A stretch of 64,000 nt of DNA from Azolla caroliniana (GCA_043228905.1 JBHGNT010000015.1:11904001-11968000), one strand, 5' to 3'. Positions 38,952 through 53,070 are shown, numbered from the stretch's first letter. Made by a program: numbers and translations. Notes: generated by a model not told the origin, from the letters alone.

Positions 38952-41900
38952 CAACGACCTACATTCTATCATACGCAGGTGCAGAAAAGAATCCATTGCT
39001 TCTTGATCTTCCGCACTGACGGCCCCTTGTCTCCCAACATCTGGTATCAGAGCCTGCACAGTAGTCGGTCCCTCAATCCGCTGTCGGCCGTCGTCTCTGC
39101 ATTCGGTTTCCTGCGTCATTCGAAGAAGAGAGAAGAAGAAGAAAAACCAGGTTTGCATCTCATCGCGTTAGATCATCTTTGCTTGGAGTAAGCCAGCAGG
39201 TTGTACTCCGTTCCCTGTGATCGTAACCGCTCGAGGTGAAATCCCCTTGTGCATCATTGACACGATCGTGCTCCACTCGGTTAAACGGCATCCGAAAAGG
39301 TCATTAAACGCTGCTCGCCGCTCGTTGTAACCACTCGGTGCAGATCGGTCTCAAGACAACAACCCCAATTCGCGCTTCATCCGGCTGATCGACATTCGGG
39401 AGGATCAGTTGGATCTGTCTCTCTCGTCGCTGCAGCCACCCGAGGTAGAATCGGTCCAGATAATCGGTTTCAATAATCGGTATTCGGCATATATATCCGA
39501 AGCGAACCGGGCTCACTCCGACTCGGCAACATTCGGGAAGACCAGTCGGTTCTGTCCCTCAAGTTACCGGAGTCAATTCGAGCAAGTTCCGAAGCCGAAC
39601 CGACTCGGGTTCAAATCCGACTAGAACGATATCGGGTGAGCCAACCGGCTGCACTCCAACAAGGTTCGTAGTCAACTCCGAACCGAGCTTTGTCAACCGA
39701 AACCGAATTTGATGGCATCAACATCCGGCTCGTCAGAAATGAGTCTACGAAAGTTCGATGGATCGAACTTCAACTTCTGGAAGGAGCAAATGCAGGACTA
39801 TCTCATAGTCAAGGGGCAAATCGATCCCATCGAAAATGAAGAACCTCCAGAAGGATACAAACCAATTGAGTGGCAGAAGCTGGACAGAATCGTCCGTGCC
39901 ACGATTCGGATGCACCTATCGGAATCGGTATACTTTACGGTGCAATCGTGTACGACAGCATTCGAACTGTGGAAAACACTGTCGGACACTTACGAAAAGA
40001 AGGTCGCCGCAACGAAGATGTTTCTGATCCGGCGCCTCTACAACTTGCGGATGAAAGAATCCGATTCGGTTCAAGCACACCTCAATGAGTACGAAAGCAT
40101 AAGCTCCCAAATCTCGTCACAGGGGACGGCAATCGAGGATGAACTCAGAGCAATGATACTCATGAGCAGCCTTCCCTCATCATGGGAAACTTTCGTCACA
40201 ACCGTGTGCAACGCGTCAACCACGGCTGTTAAATACTCCGAAGTCACGAGCGCAATCCTGACCGAAGCAGCTCGGAGAAAGTCTTTCGCCAAAGACTCAA
40301 CAGACGACGCTTACGTAGTACAAGGTTCGACAGACCGATCGAACATACGAGGAAGAGATTCCTCACGGCCGCCGAACAATCAGCGAAGACGGAGCCAGTC
40401 ACGGGATAACCGAATCTGCAACTATTGCAAGAAACCCGGACACATCAAAGCCGACTGCCGCGCACTCAAGAACAAGAACAACAAGAAGAGTGGCCGGCAT
40501 GAGGAGATCAATTACGTCAGCTTCTCAGCTGATGTGCTACCAAACGACCCGAATATACTATCAATCGAAAATCCAGTCGGATCAGAAGTTCTGCTCACGA
40601 CTGAAGAATCGAGCACATGGCTCTTAGATTCGGGCGCGTCATTTCATGTGACTCCTCATCGATCCCAATTTCGGCAATATACGATCCGTCACTCCGACTC
40701 AGTTCGGGTCGGCAACTCACAACACTGTGATATCATCGGAATCGGCACAGTAGAGCTTAACCTTGCCGGTGGCTCTACACTTGTACTCCACAATGTCCGA
40801 CATGTACCCGAGCTCTCAAGGCCATTGATCTCAGTCGGACAACTAGATGAAGACGGCATTCGTGCCGGTTTTTCTTCGGGAGGGTGGACACTCCACAGGG
40901 GGAACCTCCTGCTTGCTAGAGGACCCAAGATACACTCACTGTATCCGTTACATGTTACGCTCAGAGAGGGTAACCTGTTTTTGGTGGATATTCCTGTGTC
41001 ATCACTATGGCACAGAAGATTAGGACACCTCAGCAAGGCCGGCATCACGCATCTATCTAGAGCCGGATACATCCCAAAACTCTCCTTCTCCGACCATCAA
41101 TTCTGCGAGCATTGCCAGTATGGCAAACAAGCAGCCGCATCACACCCGACATCAGCACCAAGAGAAACGAGACCTCTTGATTTAGTCCATTCGGACGTCT
41201 GTGGCCCAATGCCGCATCAGTCTCTAGGCGGTGCCTCTTACTTCGTCAGTTTTATTGACGATTCGACTCGAAAGGTGTGGGCTTATCCAATTCGCACCAA
41301 AGATCGTGTCTTCTCGATCTTCACCGATTGGCTCGCTATGGTGGAAAATCAAACCGACCGAAAGCTGAAATGCTTTCGAACCGACAACGGGGGAGAGTTT
41401 AAATCCGAAGAATTCGTCAAATTCTGCCGACAACGCGGCATCCGACGTGAGCTTACGGCACCACACAGTCCGGAGCAAAACGGGATTGCAGAATGAATGA
41501 ATCGGACAATCCAAGAACGGACAGTTTCCATGCTCCAACACTCCGGACTGTCGGATGGCTTCTGGGCAGAGGCTCTACTCACGGCAGTACACATAATCAA
41601 TATGTCGCCAAGTAGACCTCTAGGACTTCAAATTCCTCAGGAACTATGGATCGGCAGTAAGCCGAATTACGACAAGCTGAGGATCTTCGGATGTGAGGCG
41701 TACGCCCTCATTCCGAAAGATGATCGCCGAAAACTTGCACCTCGGTCCAGGAAATGCATTTTCCTTGGATATGGATCCGACGGCGAAATGGGATACCGAC
41801 TCTGGGACCCCGAACGCAGACAAATCGTTCGAAGTTCAGACGTTGTGTTCAACGAGTCGGCTATGAATCCATCAGTCGAAAAACCAATCGAAGTCCGAAG

Positions 41901-44208
41901 GGTAACATTTTCCGACGTGCCGACCCTTCAAGAAGGCCCCGCTCTCAACACACGGTCAGCTTCACGGGTAGCTGAACCTTACACTACCGACTCGGACAAC
42001 TCCGACTCGGCACAGCAGAACACTCCGCTTTCGGACCATCCGACCTCGATACCCGATGCGACCAGTCCAATCATACCTCGACGATCCGAGAGACTGTCGC
42101 AACCTCCGGAGAGGTATTCTCCTGGAATTTTCTTCACCGACGCCGGCGAACCGACGTCTTACGAAGAAGCATCGACATCCGTCGATTCAGCCACCTGGCA
42201 TCTGGCGATGGAGTCGGAAATGCACTCCATTCGGGCAAACAAGACTTGGGATCTGGTCGAATTACCTAGGAACCGACGTGCTCTTCCTTGCAAGTGGGTT
42301 TATCGACTAAAAGAGACGTCTGATTCGACCACCCCAAAGTACAAGGCCAGATTAGTTGCGAAGGGCTTCCGACAAGAATATGGCGTCGACTTCGACGAGA
42401 TTTTTTCACCAGTGGTGAAAATGACAACCCTTCGTTTCCTACTCGGCGTAGTGGCGGCCGACAACTTGGAGCTGATTCAGCTAGATGTCAAAACAGCCTT
42501 CCTCCATGGTGATCTTGACGAGGAAATCTATATGGAGCAGCCAAAAGGCTTCGTGGCAACTGGCCAAGAACATCTAGTCTGCCGACTCAGGAAGAGTCTA
42601 TACGGCCTCAAACAGGCACCACGACAATGGTACAAGAAGTTCGACGACTTCATCCAATCGATCGGCTTCTCAAAAAGCGATGAGGACCATTGTCTCTTCA
42701 CCAACACAGCTCAAGATGGATCACCCATCTTCCTCATCATTTACGTGGACGACATGCTAATTTCTGGACGCCACGCGAGCGACCTTGCCGATCTCATTCG
42801 GCAACTGCGGTTGAAGTTTGCCATGAAGGACCTCGGTCCGGCACGACACATACTCGGCATGAAGATTAGTCGGCATCGCGATAAACGACATCTTTTTTTG
42901 TCTCAGACCGACTATATCCGACGTGTCTTGGAACGCTTCAACATGCAATCAGCCAAATCTGCTTCAACCCCGCTCCCCATGAATCTTCGGCTCTCTCAGC
43001 GAGACTGCCCGACATCCGGCCCGGAGGGGGAAGATATGAAGTCGGTACCGTATGCACCGGCAGTCGGCTCCCTTATGTACCTGATGGTCGCGACACGGCC
43101 TGATATTTCTCACGCCGTAGGAGTCGTTAGCAGATTTATGCACAATCCTGGCCGATCGCATTGGAACGCAATCAAGCATGTGTTCAGATATCTGGCTGGC
43201 ACAAAAGACCACGGCATTCTTTTCGGTCCGAACCGAACCTCAGGCGTAGTCGGCTACACCGACTCGGACTTCGCCGGCTGTATAGACAGTCGGAAATCAA
43301 CAACCGGATACTGTTTCAAATTCGGCAATGGAGCAATCTCGTGGAAGTCGAAACTTCAGGAGTGCACAGCGACCTCAACGACCGAAGCAGAATATGTAGC
43401 TGCGTCCGACGCAGCAAAAGAAGCTTTGTGGCTCGGTCGGCTGGCGCACACGTTTCGACAAGTCGACCATGACTCGGCTCCAGTTGTCTACAGCGACAGT
43501 CAAGGTGCTGTTGCCTTGTCGAAAAATCCGGTTCACCACAACGCCTCCAAACATATCGACGTTCGATATCACTTCGTTCGGGACTGCGTCATTTCAGGGA
43601 AAATCGGTCTAGAGAAAATATCCACAACCGACAACGTCGCAGATGGAATGACCAAGTGTCTTTCGGCAGACCGTTTTCGGTCTCTTCGGCATCAGATGGG
43701 CGTAACGACAAACCAGTCCGGTTAGAGCCGGACAACAGAGCAGGATGGTTCCCGACAACCGACATCAGTTCCTTAATGATCGGCTTCAACTGTTCCGACC
43801 CGACCAGTTCGGTCTTCTGCCTTCGGACCCTGCCGACTCGAACAAAGCTAATATGTCCGAGAACCCAAGTCTATACCTGTAATCTTAGATAACCCATGTA
43901 TACGCCCATTACGGGGGAGTGTCGAATACATGTGTATAATGGACGTATTCACACTATCCCGTTTTGGTCATTTATGTAATTAGCATAAAGGGTAGTTGCC
44001 CTAAGTCGGCCACTATATATAGTGACCTTGTAATCTTTTTGTAAGGTTGGCTGTTGTATTGTTGCTTTGTGAAATAAAGAGTCTTTTGTGTCTCTCTCTC
44101 TCTCTCTCTCTCTCTCTGTTCAACGACCTACATTCTATCATACGCAGGTGCAGAAAAGAATCCATTGCTTCTTGATCTTCCGCACTGACGGCCCCTTGTC
44201 TCCCAACA
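38739..44208 (+). mobile_element. Ty1/copia element E, youngest insertion in the window
   Basis: LTRs 38739-39039 and 43920-44208 differ by one substitution I could see plus (CT)n length. TSD GGCGG, PBS TGGTATCAGAGC 39042-39053, PPT ACGGGGGAG. Confidence 0.98.
39709..43725 (+). pseudogene. E gag-pol polyprotein, intact except for a single in-frame TGA at 41494-41496
   Basis: 595 aa and 742 aa ORFs in the same frame. Motifs WLLDSGAS, VHSDVCGP, YVDDM, GYTDSDFAG. Confidence 0.95.
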
Positions 44209-44213
44209 GGCGG

Positions 44214-46069
44214 TATGCCAACTGAAGAAGTCGCTTTACGGCTTGAAGCAAGCCCCGCGAGCTTGGAACGCGAAGATCACGCACCGGCTGCGTAAGCTGG
44301 GGTTTGTTGTCTCTAAGTCGGACTCTTCGTTGTTCATCCGGCAAGGCTCTGACGGTCCGGTATGTATACTCTTGTATGTGGATGATTTAATCATCACCGG
44401 ACCGGGTCTTCCTGAAATCAACCGCGTCAAGTCCCAGTTGTCGGACGCATTCGAAATGAAGGACTTGGGGGACCTTCATTATTTTCTTGGGATCAAAGTG
44501 CTCCGGACCCCCGACGGCATATTGCTCTCACAACGACATTACGTGTTGAATATGTTGTATAAGTTCGGCATGACGGATTGCCGACCTGTCTCCACACCCC
44601 TGGACCGGAACCAGAAGCTCTGTCCCAACTCCGAACCGGCCTGCAATGAGAAACAGTTCCGACAGGTTGTCGGAAGACTGATCTACTTAACCATCACTCG
44701 ACCCGACATCAGCTATCCGGTCGGCATGGTAAGTCAGTTCATGCAGAAGCCGACCGTGGACCACCTTCAATGCGCGCAACGAATATTACGGTATGTCAGC
44801 GGCACTAAGGACCGGGGACTGCTATACCGGCGAGGTATACCCGAAGAGCTTGTTGGTTACACAAATGCGGACTGGGCCGGCGATGCGTCTGATCGCCGCT
44901 CCACTTCCGGATACATGTTCTCCATAGGTAGCGCGGTCGTTGCGTGGAGCACCAAGAAGCAGCCCACAGTGGCTTTGTCAAGCACTGAGGCTGAGTACTG
45001 GGCTGCTACCGTTGCCACTTGTGAAGCCATCTGGCTTCGGCGATTGCTACGAGACTTGCAGATCGAGGCACCGACCCCGATCCTGATTTACTGCGATAAC
45101 ATGAGCAGCCTGCAGCTCGCTAGGAACCCTGTGTTCCATGCTCGCACAAAGCACATCGAGGTGCACTACCACTTCGTGCGTGAGCGAGTCCTGAGCGGTG
45201 AAGTTGACCTATGGTATGTTCCTACGGATCGGCAAGTTGCCGACATCTTCACCAAGCCGCTCGGATCGGACAAGTTGCAGCACTTTACCGACATGCTTGG
45301 TATTCAACATCTCGACGTGCCGCACTTGAGGGGGAGAAGCAAGGGCAAAGTCTCTACCGAAACGAGCAAAGGCCAAAAAACTGTTGAACTCGTCGGTAAG
45401 AGGAGAGCCGGAAGAAGAGGAGACAAGAAGATGAAGGAAGCCGAGTCGATGAAGGAAGTCGACACATCCGAACAGGTCGGAGCAAACGACTGTGAAGAAG
45501 AGTTGTGCACTCAGGAAGAGTTGTGCATGCTGAGCGGAGGTCATCACGACGGTACTGACCATGATGCGGAGTCAAATGAAGAATTCGATTTTGGTTCACC
45601 GGCTGAAGAAGCCGAGGGAAGCATGGAGAAGGCCAAGACTCGAAAGTGGTCCGATGTGGTGAGAGGCCTGAAGCCAGAAGTCGAATCGGAGTGTACCGAT
45701 TCGGACAAGAGCGGGAACGAGTCGGAGACAGCTGACTCGGATCAACAGATGGATCTGGATGAGTCGGATCGACTGAAGGCCAAGGGGACACGGACACAGC
45801 GGAAGTCGATGCCATCGTGGGAGAACCGACGGATCGGCAAGCGCCGGAGTCACAGCAACGTGAGTGCTGAGATGGGCCTATTGAGTAGACATGTCGACCG
45901 AGAGGGTCGAGGCGCGCAGAACCAAAGGGGTCGCGGCAAACGGGACCGGACCGGACGAGGAGCGCGAGCAAGGCGGAGTGACGCTAGGAGGAGTCGGTTG
46001 GAAGAACCGACTGCCACAGAGGTCGACACTACGACCCCACCTCAGGTTGAGCTTGAGGGGGAGTGTTGA
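44214..46069 (+). pseudogene. D RT (3' part)-RNase H with a long charged C-terminal extension
   Basis: ORF 44243-46069 with YVDDL and KHIEVHYHFVRE, then ~240 aa extension ending inside the LTR. Confidence 0.9.
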
Positions 46070-46395
46070 GCGGCAAGCTCAACCGGAGCTGGATCGGCTG
46101 AATAAGCCGGAGCCGGTAAGCGAGACGGATCGGGCGAAACGGATCGGTATGACGGTGAGCAACCGAACCGGCAAGCAGTGGAGGCCGGGTACAATCCGTA
46201 ACCGGAAGTCCAATCGGAAGCCTAGTATAGGATAGACTACTAGGTAGCTATAGTCTCGTAGTAAGTGTCAGATGCTCGTGTGAGCATTGAAGTACATGGT
46301 ACTTCTGTCAGTCCCAAGAGGACTTGTATAAATAGTGCTACTTAGCACAGTGTGTATACAAGGTCTTGATATAATTTTGAAATTGTGTTCTGCTC

Positions 46396-46445
<50 letters not shown>

Positions 46446-46592
46446 GTTCTCTGTTTTACGCTTCCGCAAACACTTACGTTTTCATGAACTGACGGAGTTG
46501 CCGAAAGGAAAGAGGGCACTCCGGAACAAGTGGGTGTACAAGCTGAAAGCGAGAGATGCCGGAAATCCACCAAGGTATAAGGCCCGAATCAT

Positions 46593-47106
46593 TGTCACGT
46601 TATTACGCGCGTGCATGTAGAAGGGGGGGACCACGGGGGTCTCGGACTAGGGAGTAGAGGAGAAAGAATAAGACATGATATGGAGGCTTAGCTCAAGAGG
46701 AGAAGAGGAAGGAATAAGACCATGACATAGAAGGAGAGATCGACGGAGGCAAGAAACTCAACAAGTTATATTAAAACGAATGAATGATTACAACAATGGT
46801 GGCCGCATGGACCGCACCAAAACTATGAGAAAACCCTAACCGAGGATGAATAACGAAACCCTAACCCTAAACAGTAAGAACTCTAAACTAAGTGGTATAC
46901 CTTTCATACGCAAAATAGGCAACCCCTTCATAAGTGACCCCTCCCTTCCTTTTATAGCCCAAGGAGGGAGGGACCTTACAATGTGGGATAAAATTTCCCC
47001 TCTTATTTCTATACACCATTTCCTAGTATACGTGTGCACATGTTGCACACCACCGTCTTGCCCTTTCCACCCCGGTTTCCGCCTATGGACGAAAATCTTC
47101 ACGACT
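46593..47106 (-). mobile_element. Solo LTR (~514 bp), 4 bp TSD type, inserted in RT of C
   Basis: TGTCACG...TCACGAC(T) termini, TSD TCAT/TCGT. Removing it restores YKARIVVKGF. Confidence 0.8.
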
Positions 47107-49042
47107 TCGTGGTGAAGGGCTTCCAGCAGAAGAAAGGAGTGGCATTCGATGTGATCTTTGCCCCAATAGTAAAGATGACATCCATCCGGACGGTATTGGG
47201 CATAGCGGCAAGCATGGACCTCAAGGTAGAGAAACTAGACATCAAGACGGAATTCCTACATGGCGACCTCGAAGAAGAAATCTGCATGCATCAACCGGAA
47301 GGATTTGAGAAGAAAGGGAAGGAGCACCTGGTGTGCCGGCTAAAGAAGAGCCTATACGGACTGAAGCAAGCTCCCCGGCAATGGTACCGGAACTTCAACT
47401 CCTTCATGACCGACCAAGGGTACCACAAAACGCAAGTCGATCACTGCGTGTTTGTGAAGAAATTTGATGGAGGAGATTTCCTTATACTCCTCCTATTTGT
47501 GGATGATATGTTGATCGTCGGATGAGACCAAGTCAAGATACGGATGTTGAAGAAGGCTCTGAACCGGACCTTCTCAATGAAAGACTTGGGGCTGGCAAGA
47601 CAGATATTGGGAATGCACATCATCTGGGACCGGTTGAAGAAGTTGTTGTGGTTGTCACAGGAAAAGTACGTGACAAAGGTACTCCAAAGGTTCAACATGT
47701 CGGAGGCGAAACCGGTCGGATCGACACTTCCGGCAAATTGCAAGTTGTCTAGAAAGTAGAGCCCGAAGACAAAGGCAAAGAAGACAGATATGATGAAGAT
47801 ACCATATGCCTCTGCCGTCGGGAGCTTGATGTATGCAATGGTATGTACCCGGGCAGATATTGGATATGCAGTCAAAGTGGTGAGCCAGTTCATGAGCAAT
47901 CTCGGAAGAGAGCATTGGAACGCAGTCAAGTGGATACTCCGGTATTTCAAAGGCACCTCGATCATGTGCCTCCGGTTCGGCTCCAGTAATCCCCAACTTG
48001 ACGAATTCACGGATTCGGATATGTCAGTTGATGTGGATACCAATCGGTCAACATCCGGATATGTCATGACTTATGTAGGAGGAGTTGTTTCGTGGAAATC
48101 GAGGTTGCAGAAGACGGTTGCACTGTCAACCACGGAGGCAGAGTACATGGCAGTTGTGGAAGCCGGCAAGGAGATAATCTGGATGAAGGACTTCATCGGA
48201 GAGCTAGGGATCCAACAGGAGGAATATTGGCTCTACTGCAATAGTCAAAGTGCTATCCACCTTTCAAAGAACGCGGCCCAGCATTCCCGGACAAAACATA
48301 TCCAGCGGAGGTACCACTGGATCTGGGAAAGAGTAGAAGATCAAGAGTTCGTGCTAACCAAGATCCACACGAAGGAGAACATGTCAGATATGCTGACCAA
48401 GGTGTTGACAACCGACAAGCTAGACATGTGCCGAAAGCGGATCGGCGTGTGAGACATCCCATGCTAGAGTGAAGGGGGAGATTATGAATGAAGAGGACCC
48501 GGTGAGAATCGGAAGAGTTTTGGAAACCGGATCGGATGGACCCGATGAGAACCAGAAGAGATCTGAAAACCAGATCGGATGGACCCGGTGAGAACCGGAA
48601 GAGAATACATATTTGTAAATATGTTTTGAGTAAGCCTATTGAGGCTATATTTGTAAATAGCTCTAAGTTCATATAAGTATAAATATGACTTAGGGCAATC
48701 TCTCTGTGTGTTATGTAGTTGTTATATTGTTGTATAGAGGGAGAGAGAGATACAAAGCGATCCTCTGTTGTAACCGCCGGCTGGCGAAGATACAGAGCTC
48801 GAGGTCGTTGCCTCCAAGTCTTTGTTTGTACCTTTCCTATATAGTGATAGTTTGGAGTTTGTGGGAACCTGTGGTTTTTCCCTATTAGAGTTTTCCACGT
48901 AAACACTCTGTGTATCCTCTATCATTTTTGTGTGTGTAAGTGCGCTCACTCCCTACTTCCCATTTCTGTGTTTGATTTCCATCCAAGTGATTCAACATTC
49001 GGTTGTGGCCGAGCAATATTTCGCGTTATTCTTCACACTGAC

Positions 49043-50992
49043 ATAAGTAGCATTGTTGGCAGAATTTGTGAGCATCCTTCTTCATTGTGGGCCACCATAA
49101 CCCACTTTGCCAAATTTTCCGAGCCATGGCATCTCTGGCATAGTGACCGCTGACTATTCCATAATATGCTTCCCACGGGATCACATCCTTTTCGAAATGA
49201 CGCACCGCATGGCGCTAGATGCCATCCGAGCCTTTGTGATACAGGGTTTCTGCGAATAGGCAAAAATTTCGGCTACGAACTGCCAATTGTTTCTTGGCAT
49301 CTAGGTTCAAATTGTTTGGTGGGAGGCTGGTGCTGAGGAAGTGTGTCATCTCATTTATCTAGTCATCCTCGCTTTCAGTCGATGGTGTGGTTGGTTCTAA
49401 GCCAAAGAGGTTGGCATCGGGTAAATCATCGTATTCTGTTTCAACTGGTTCCCCCGATTCGAGGTGACTCATGTAATCTACCACTGCATGTTGCACCCCT
49501 GGTCGATGATGTATGTCGAATTCGAATTCTTGGAGGAGTAACATCCATCGTGTCAGTCGACCGGTCAGTGCCTCCTTATTGACGAGATATAATAACACCA
49601 AGTGATCCACGTGGAACGTAAATTTTCGGCCAAGCAGATAGTGCTGAAATTTCTTGATGTTGTAGATCATGCCGAGTGCTTCCCGTTCCGTGGTGGAGTA
49701 GTTTTTTCGGCTAGCATAGTAGACTGGGCGATACCAGTTCGGAGGTGTATTTTACATGAGGGCACTCCCCATGGCCACGTCTGATGCATCAACGAAAATA
49801 TGGAAGGGTTGCGACCAATCTAGCAATTGCACCACCGGTGCGTAGGACAACATTACCTTAAGGGAGCGATATGTGTCGTCTTCTCTTGCCGTCCATTGAG
49901 ATGGAACCTGATGTATTGTTGCATGCAAGGGTGTCACAAACTCGGCCAGATAGGGCAACATTCTACCGTGCCACCTTATTTGACCCAAAAACCGGTTGAG
50001 GGCTTTTGTTGTGGTTGGGGCCAGAGCATTCAGAATGGCCTGCACCTTGTCAGGATCCATAGCAATTCCCTCGCGGCTAACAAGGTGGCCAAGCAAGCTC
50101 CGCTGGACACATGAAAGGCGCATTTGGTCGGGTTTAGGCTTAGCCAAGCTTGCCGGCAACACTCCAAACAAAGGCGTAAGTGACCTAGGTGCTCGATCTA
50201 CCAGTTGTACACAACAAATTCATCGAGGAAAACTTGCCTAAAGGCTAGACTGTAATCGTTGAAAATTTCGACGATTATTCATTGGAAGGTGGCTCGTGCC
50301 ATCTTTAATCCGAACATCATGACAACTGCCACAAACACGCACCATTCGATTACAAATGTTGTTTTCTCTTGGTCTTCGGGGTGCATACGGATCCAATTAT
50401 ACCCGCTGAATCCATCTAAAAAGCTATAGCATTGATGGCCATCAATTGCGTCGAGAACACCATCTGTGAACGGTAGAGGAAAGGCATGTGTAACAGTTGC
50501 TGCATTCAGCTTGCGGTAATCAACACAGACTCAGATTTGGCCATTCTTTTTCGGGACGACGACGATAGGGCTTAACCATGTTGCCTGTTTGACCAGCCAA
50601 ATTAATCCTACTTGGAGGAGTTTGTCGATTTCCTCCTTTACTTTGGCCGCATAATTGGGATTCATCAGGTAGCGGCGTTGTTGCACTAGTTGTGCATCGC
50701 GCTGAAGGTGGATCTGGTTCTGATAGTATTGGGAATCCAACCTCTTCATGTCATTGTACGACCAGGCCAACACATCTTGGTACTCCGTCGACAACCCAAC
50801 CAAGGTTGATCTTTCCTCGAAAGCCAGGTCCTTTGCGATTTTAAGAGTGCGCGGCTCGATGGGGGACCCGAGATTAATTTTTTCGAGTGTGGATGCCTTA
50901 ACTCTTTGCGAAACAACCAATTCCCAATACAATGCATTACGGGCATGACGTAATTCCTCGATGGACTGTGGGTCAGGTTCATACGAGACCGA
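49043..50992 (-). pseudogene. pol: pol (RT-RH-INT start) of element X
   Basis: WLSPIVVVPKKNG, CVDYRKLN, LLGHLVSREGI, HYLLGRKFTFHVDH. Confidence 0.9.
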
Positions 50993-51660
50993 TGTCACGA
51001 AGATTTTCGGCAACGATGTGAAAATCGCGTGGAATCGAGAAGGTGTAATGTGCACACGAATGAAAGGGGTGATGTTTACACTCATACGTTAGCATGTTGT
51101 AAATATAAATGTAATGAGGACATCTAAAGCCTATTTGCATTTTCAAGCATACGAAGGGGTGCAAGTATTGAACCTTGCACCTCCAAGATAGAATACAACT
51201 GACTTACCATTAGGCTAAGTTATTTCTTTAGATTATCATTATGTTTTTCACATATGAATGCTCATACATGAGAGTTTGGATGAGGCACATGGTCATCATG
51301 CATCACATGTGATGCATGAGCGCCAAATGGCAATCACGCATCGCATGCATTTCATGCATTGTATGCATGGCTTACACCCTCACATGCACATATGCATGGG
51401 GGTATCTATATAAGGAGGAATCAATCTATGTATCAAGCAAGATATGTTAATAAGAAAAGGCTAGTTATTTATTGGTGATGTGTCTTGTTTCTCTAAATTG
51501 AAGTCAAGGGTTCAAACCCGTCCGTCTATCTATCTATCTTAAACACTTCCTCCATTTCTGTTTTTCTCTCTCTCACTCTCAACCAAATTAGTGAGTCACT
51601 TCAGCCACCTACACGTCAATCCACTGCATCGTTGAGTCGGGTTCGGGGGCATCTTTGACA
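50993..51660 (+). mobile_element. Solo or partial LTR within element X; right end uncertain
   Basis: Starts TGTCACGAAGATTTTCG, matching the terminus of the 46593-47106 LTR. TATA at ~51406. No matching TSD found. Confidence 0.6.
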
Positions 51661-51779
51661 ACAAAGGACGACCCGACAACAAACCTAAACGGCCAATTCC
51701 TTACAAACAAAACTCACCTAATTCATTCTCCCTGGTCAAAGACTTCGGTGGTCCCATTCGACCAACCCATAGGCGCCGA

Positions 51780-53070
51780 AATCCCATCATCAATCCTCCA
51801 TAACCACTAGCGGATAGAGGCTCGGTGCTTGTCCGCGTTTGTGACGTGCACATCCTGATGTTTGGCACATGTGTCACGCGCCACGCGATACCGCGTTGTC
51901 GTCAGTGGTCGACTCAGCTATGTACGGTTTGATAGCCATAAGAACATCAACTTCAAACAAAGGAACAATCGTGGGGTGTTCCTCCAAGAAGTGGTCCATT
52001 TCATCGTCAGCGAGTCCATCGAGCATGTGGACTCCTTCGGCATATAATGGGCTGATGTCGAGAGGCGTCATGATCCGTTCCTCCGTGATGACAGGGACTT
52101 TGGTTTTTCTACGACAGAAGGAGATCCCGACGATAGCGATCCTGGTCGAGTCGGTAACCGTCGTCCCGGTGAGGCCGATCGTTGTACCAAGGTTGTTTAG
52201 CGTCCCTATTCCAAGGTCGGGGACAATCATCCTATTGAGGGCAATCGTGGTGTGGCTCAATCTATCATACAGGAGCAGAGGTTGTACGATTAAGCATATT
52301 GTACTCACATTGTTCAACCGTATGCTCCTGAGAGTGGCAGATTGGGCAATGTGGGCGAAGAGGGCAATCCACAACCGAGTGGCTGGATTTCATGTACGTT
52401 GTGCATTGGAGAGCCTGCCGAAACTGGGTTTCTTCATGGGTCAGCAAGGCATGTTGGAGTGAGCCCATTGAAAAAGAAGTGTTATGTTGGGCTCTATCTA
52501 TTGTGAGGACGTGAGCGACCACTTGCTCAATGGTCTATTGGGAAAAGTCGGTCAATGCGAGAGTTGTTTTGAGGGGCTCTCGTAGGCCAGCAAGGAACGT
52601 GTCTTTTAAATGATTCGCAAACACATCTTGCCCAAGCTACCAATAGAGATCCTGGAAGTTGATCGTGAATTGACAAACTGTCTCATGCGGTTCTTGTATG
52701 ATAGCATAGAACTGGCGGAGCAATTCCCGCTCAGGTATCTCATGGTGAAAAAGTTCAAGGAATTGAGTGCAAACGTTCTGAAACGTCACAAATTCCCCAA
52801 GATCGTGGCGGGAATACCACCGGGCAGCAGGTCCATCGAGGACAGTGTGAATTCTACGATTTTGGATGCATCGACCTCCACATCGATGAGACGTTGCGTC
52901 GAATGGTTGGCTTGCCAAGTGGACACAAAAGAACAGATGTGGGACTCCGCATCAGGGCCATCCGTGGTGTCGTAGTCCGGGTCTTCTGGTAACGTTATCG
53001 AGAAGATTGTGGTTGGGTGTCAGAACCGCCGGGGTTCTGTGACTCGGGGATGATCGTGTGGATGGTGCGA
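51780..53070 (-). pseudogene. gag: gag of element X
   Basis: Minus-strand fragments LDGPAARWYS...FLELFHHEIPERELLRQF and Cys/His knuckles CTTYMKSSHSVVDC...CPICHSQEHTVEQC. Confidence 0.75.

Larger units (their letters stand above)
35043..46484 (+). mobile_element. Ty1/copia element D, nearly intact, interrupted by E
   Basis: LTRs 35043-35471 and 46064-46484, TSD TGAAC, PBS TGGTATCAGAGC 35472-35483, PPT GAGGGGGAG. Confidence 0.97.
32866..49037 (+). mobile_element. Ty1/copia element C (Tork/TAR-like), degraded, hosting D, E and a solo LTR
   Basis: LTRs 32866-33368 and ~48482-49037, TSD CTGAC, PBS TGGTATCAAAGC 33372-33383, PPT 48466-48481. gag/PR ~33400-34700 with most of the integrase deleted. 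RT-RH 46490-48452. Confidence 0.92.

Noticed and set aside
41494-41496. Programmed stop-codon readthrough in copia E
   Set aside because: The stop lies mid-integrase at a conserved Arg (AER), so CpG deamination explains it.
46830-46875. AAACCCT motifs as interstitial telomere
   Set aside because: Only a few scattered telo-box-like copies inside an LTR, not an array.
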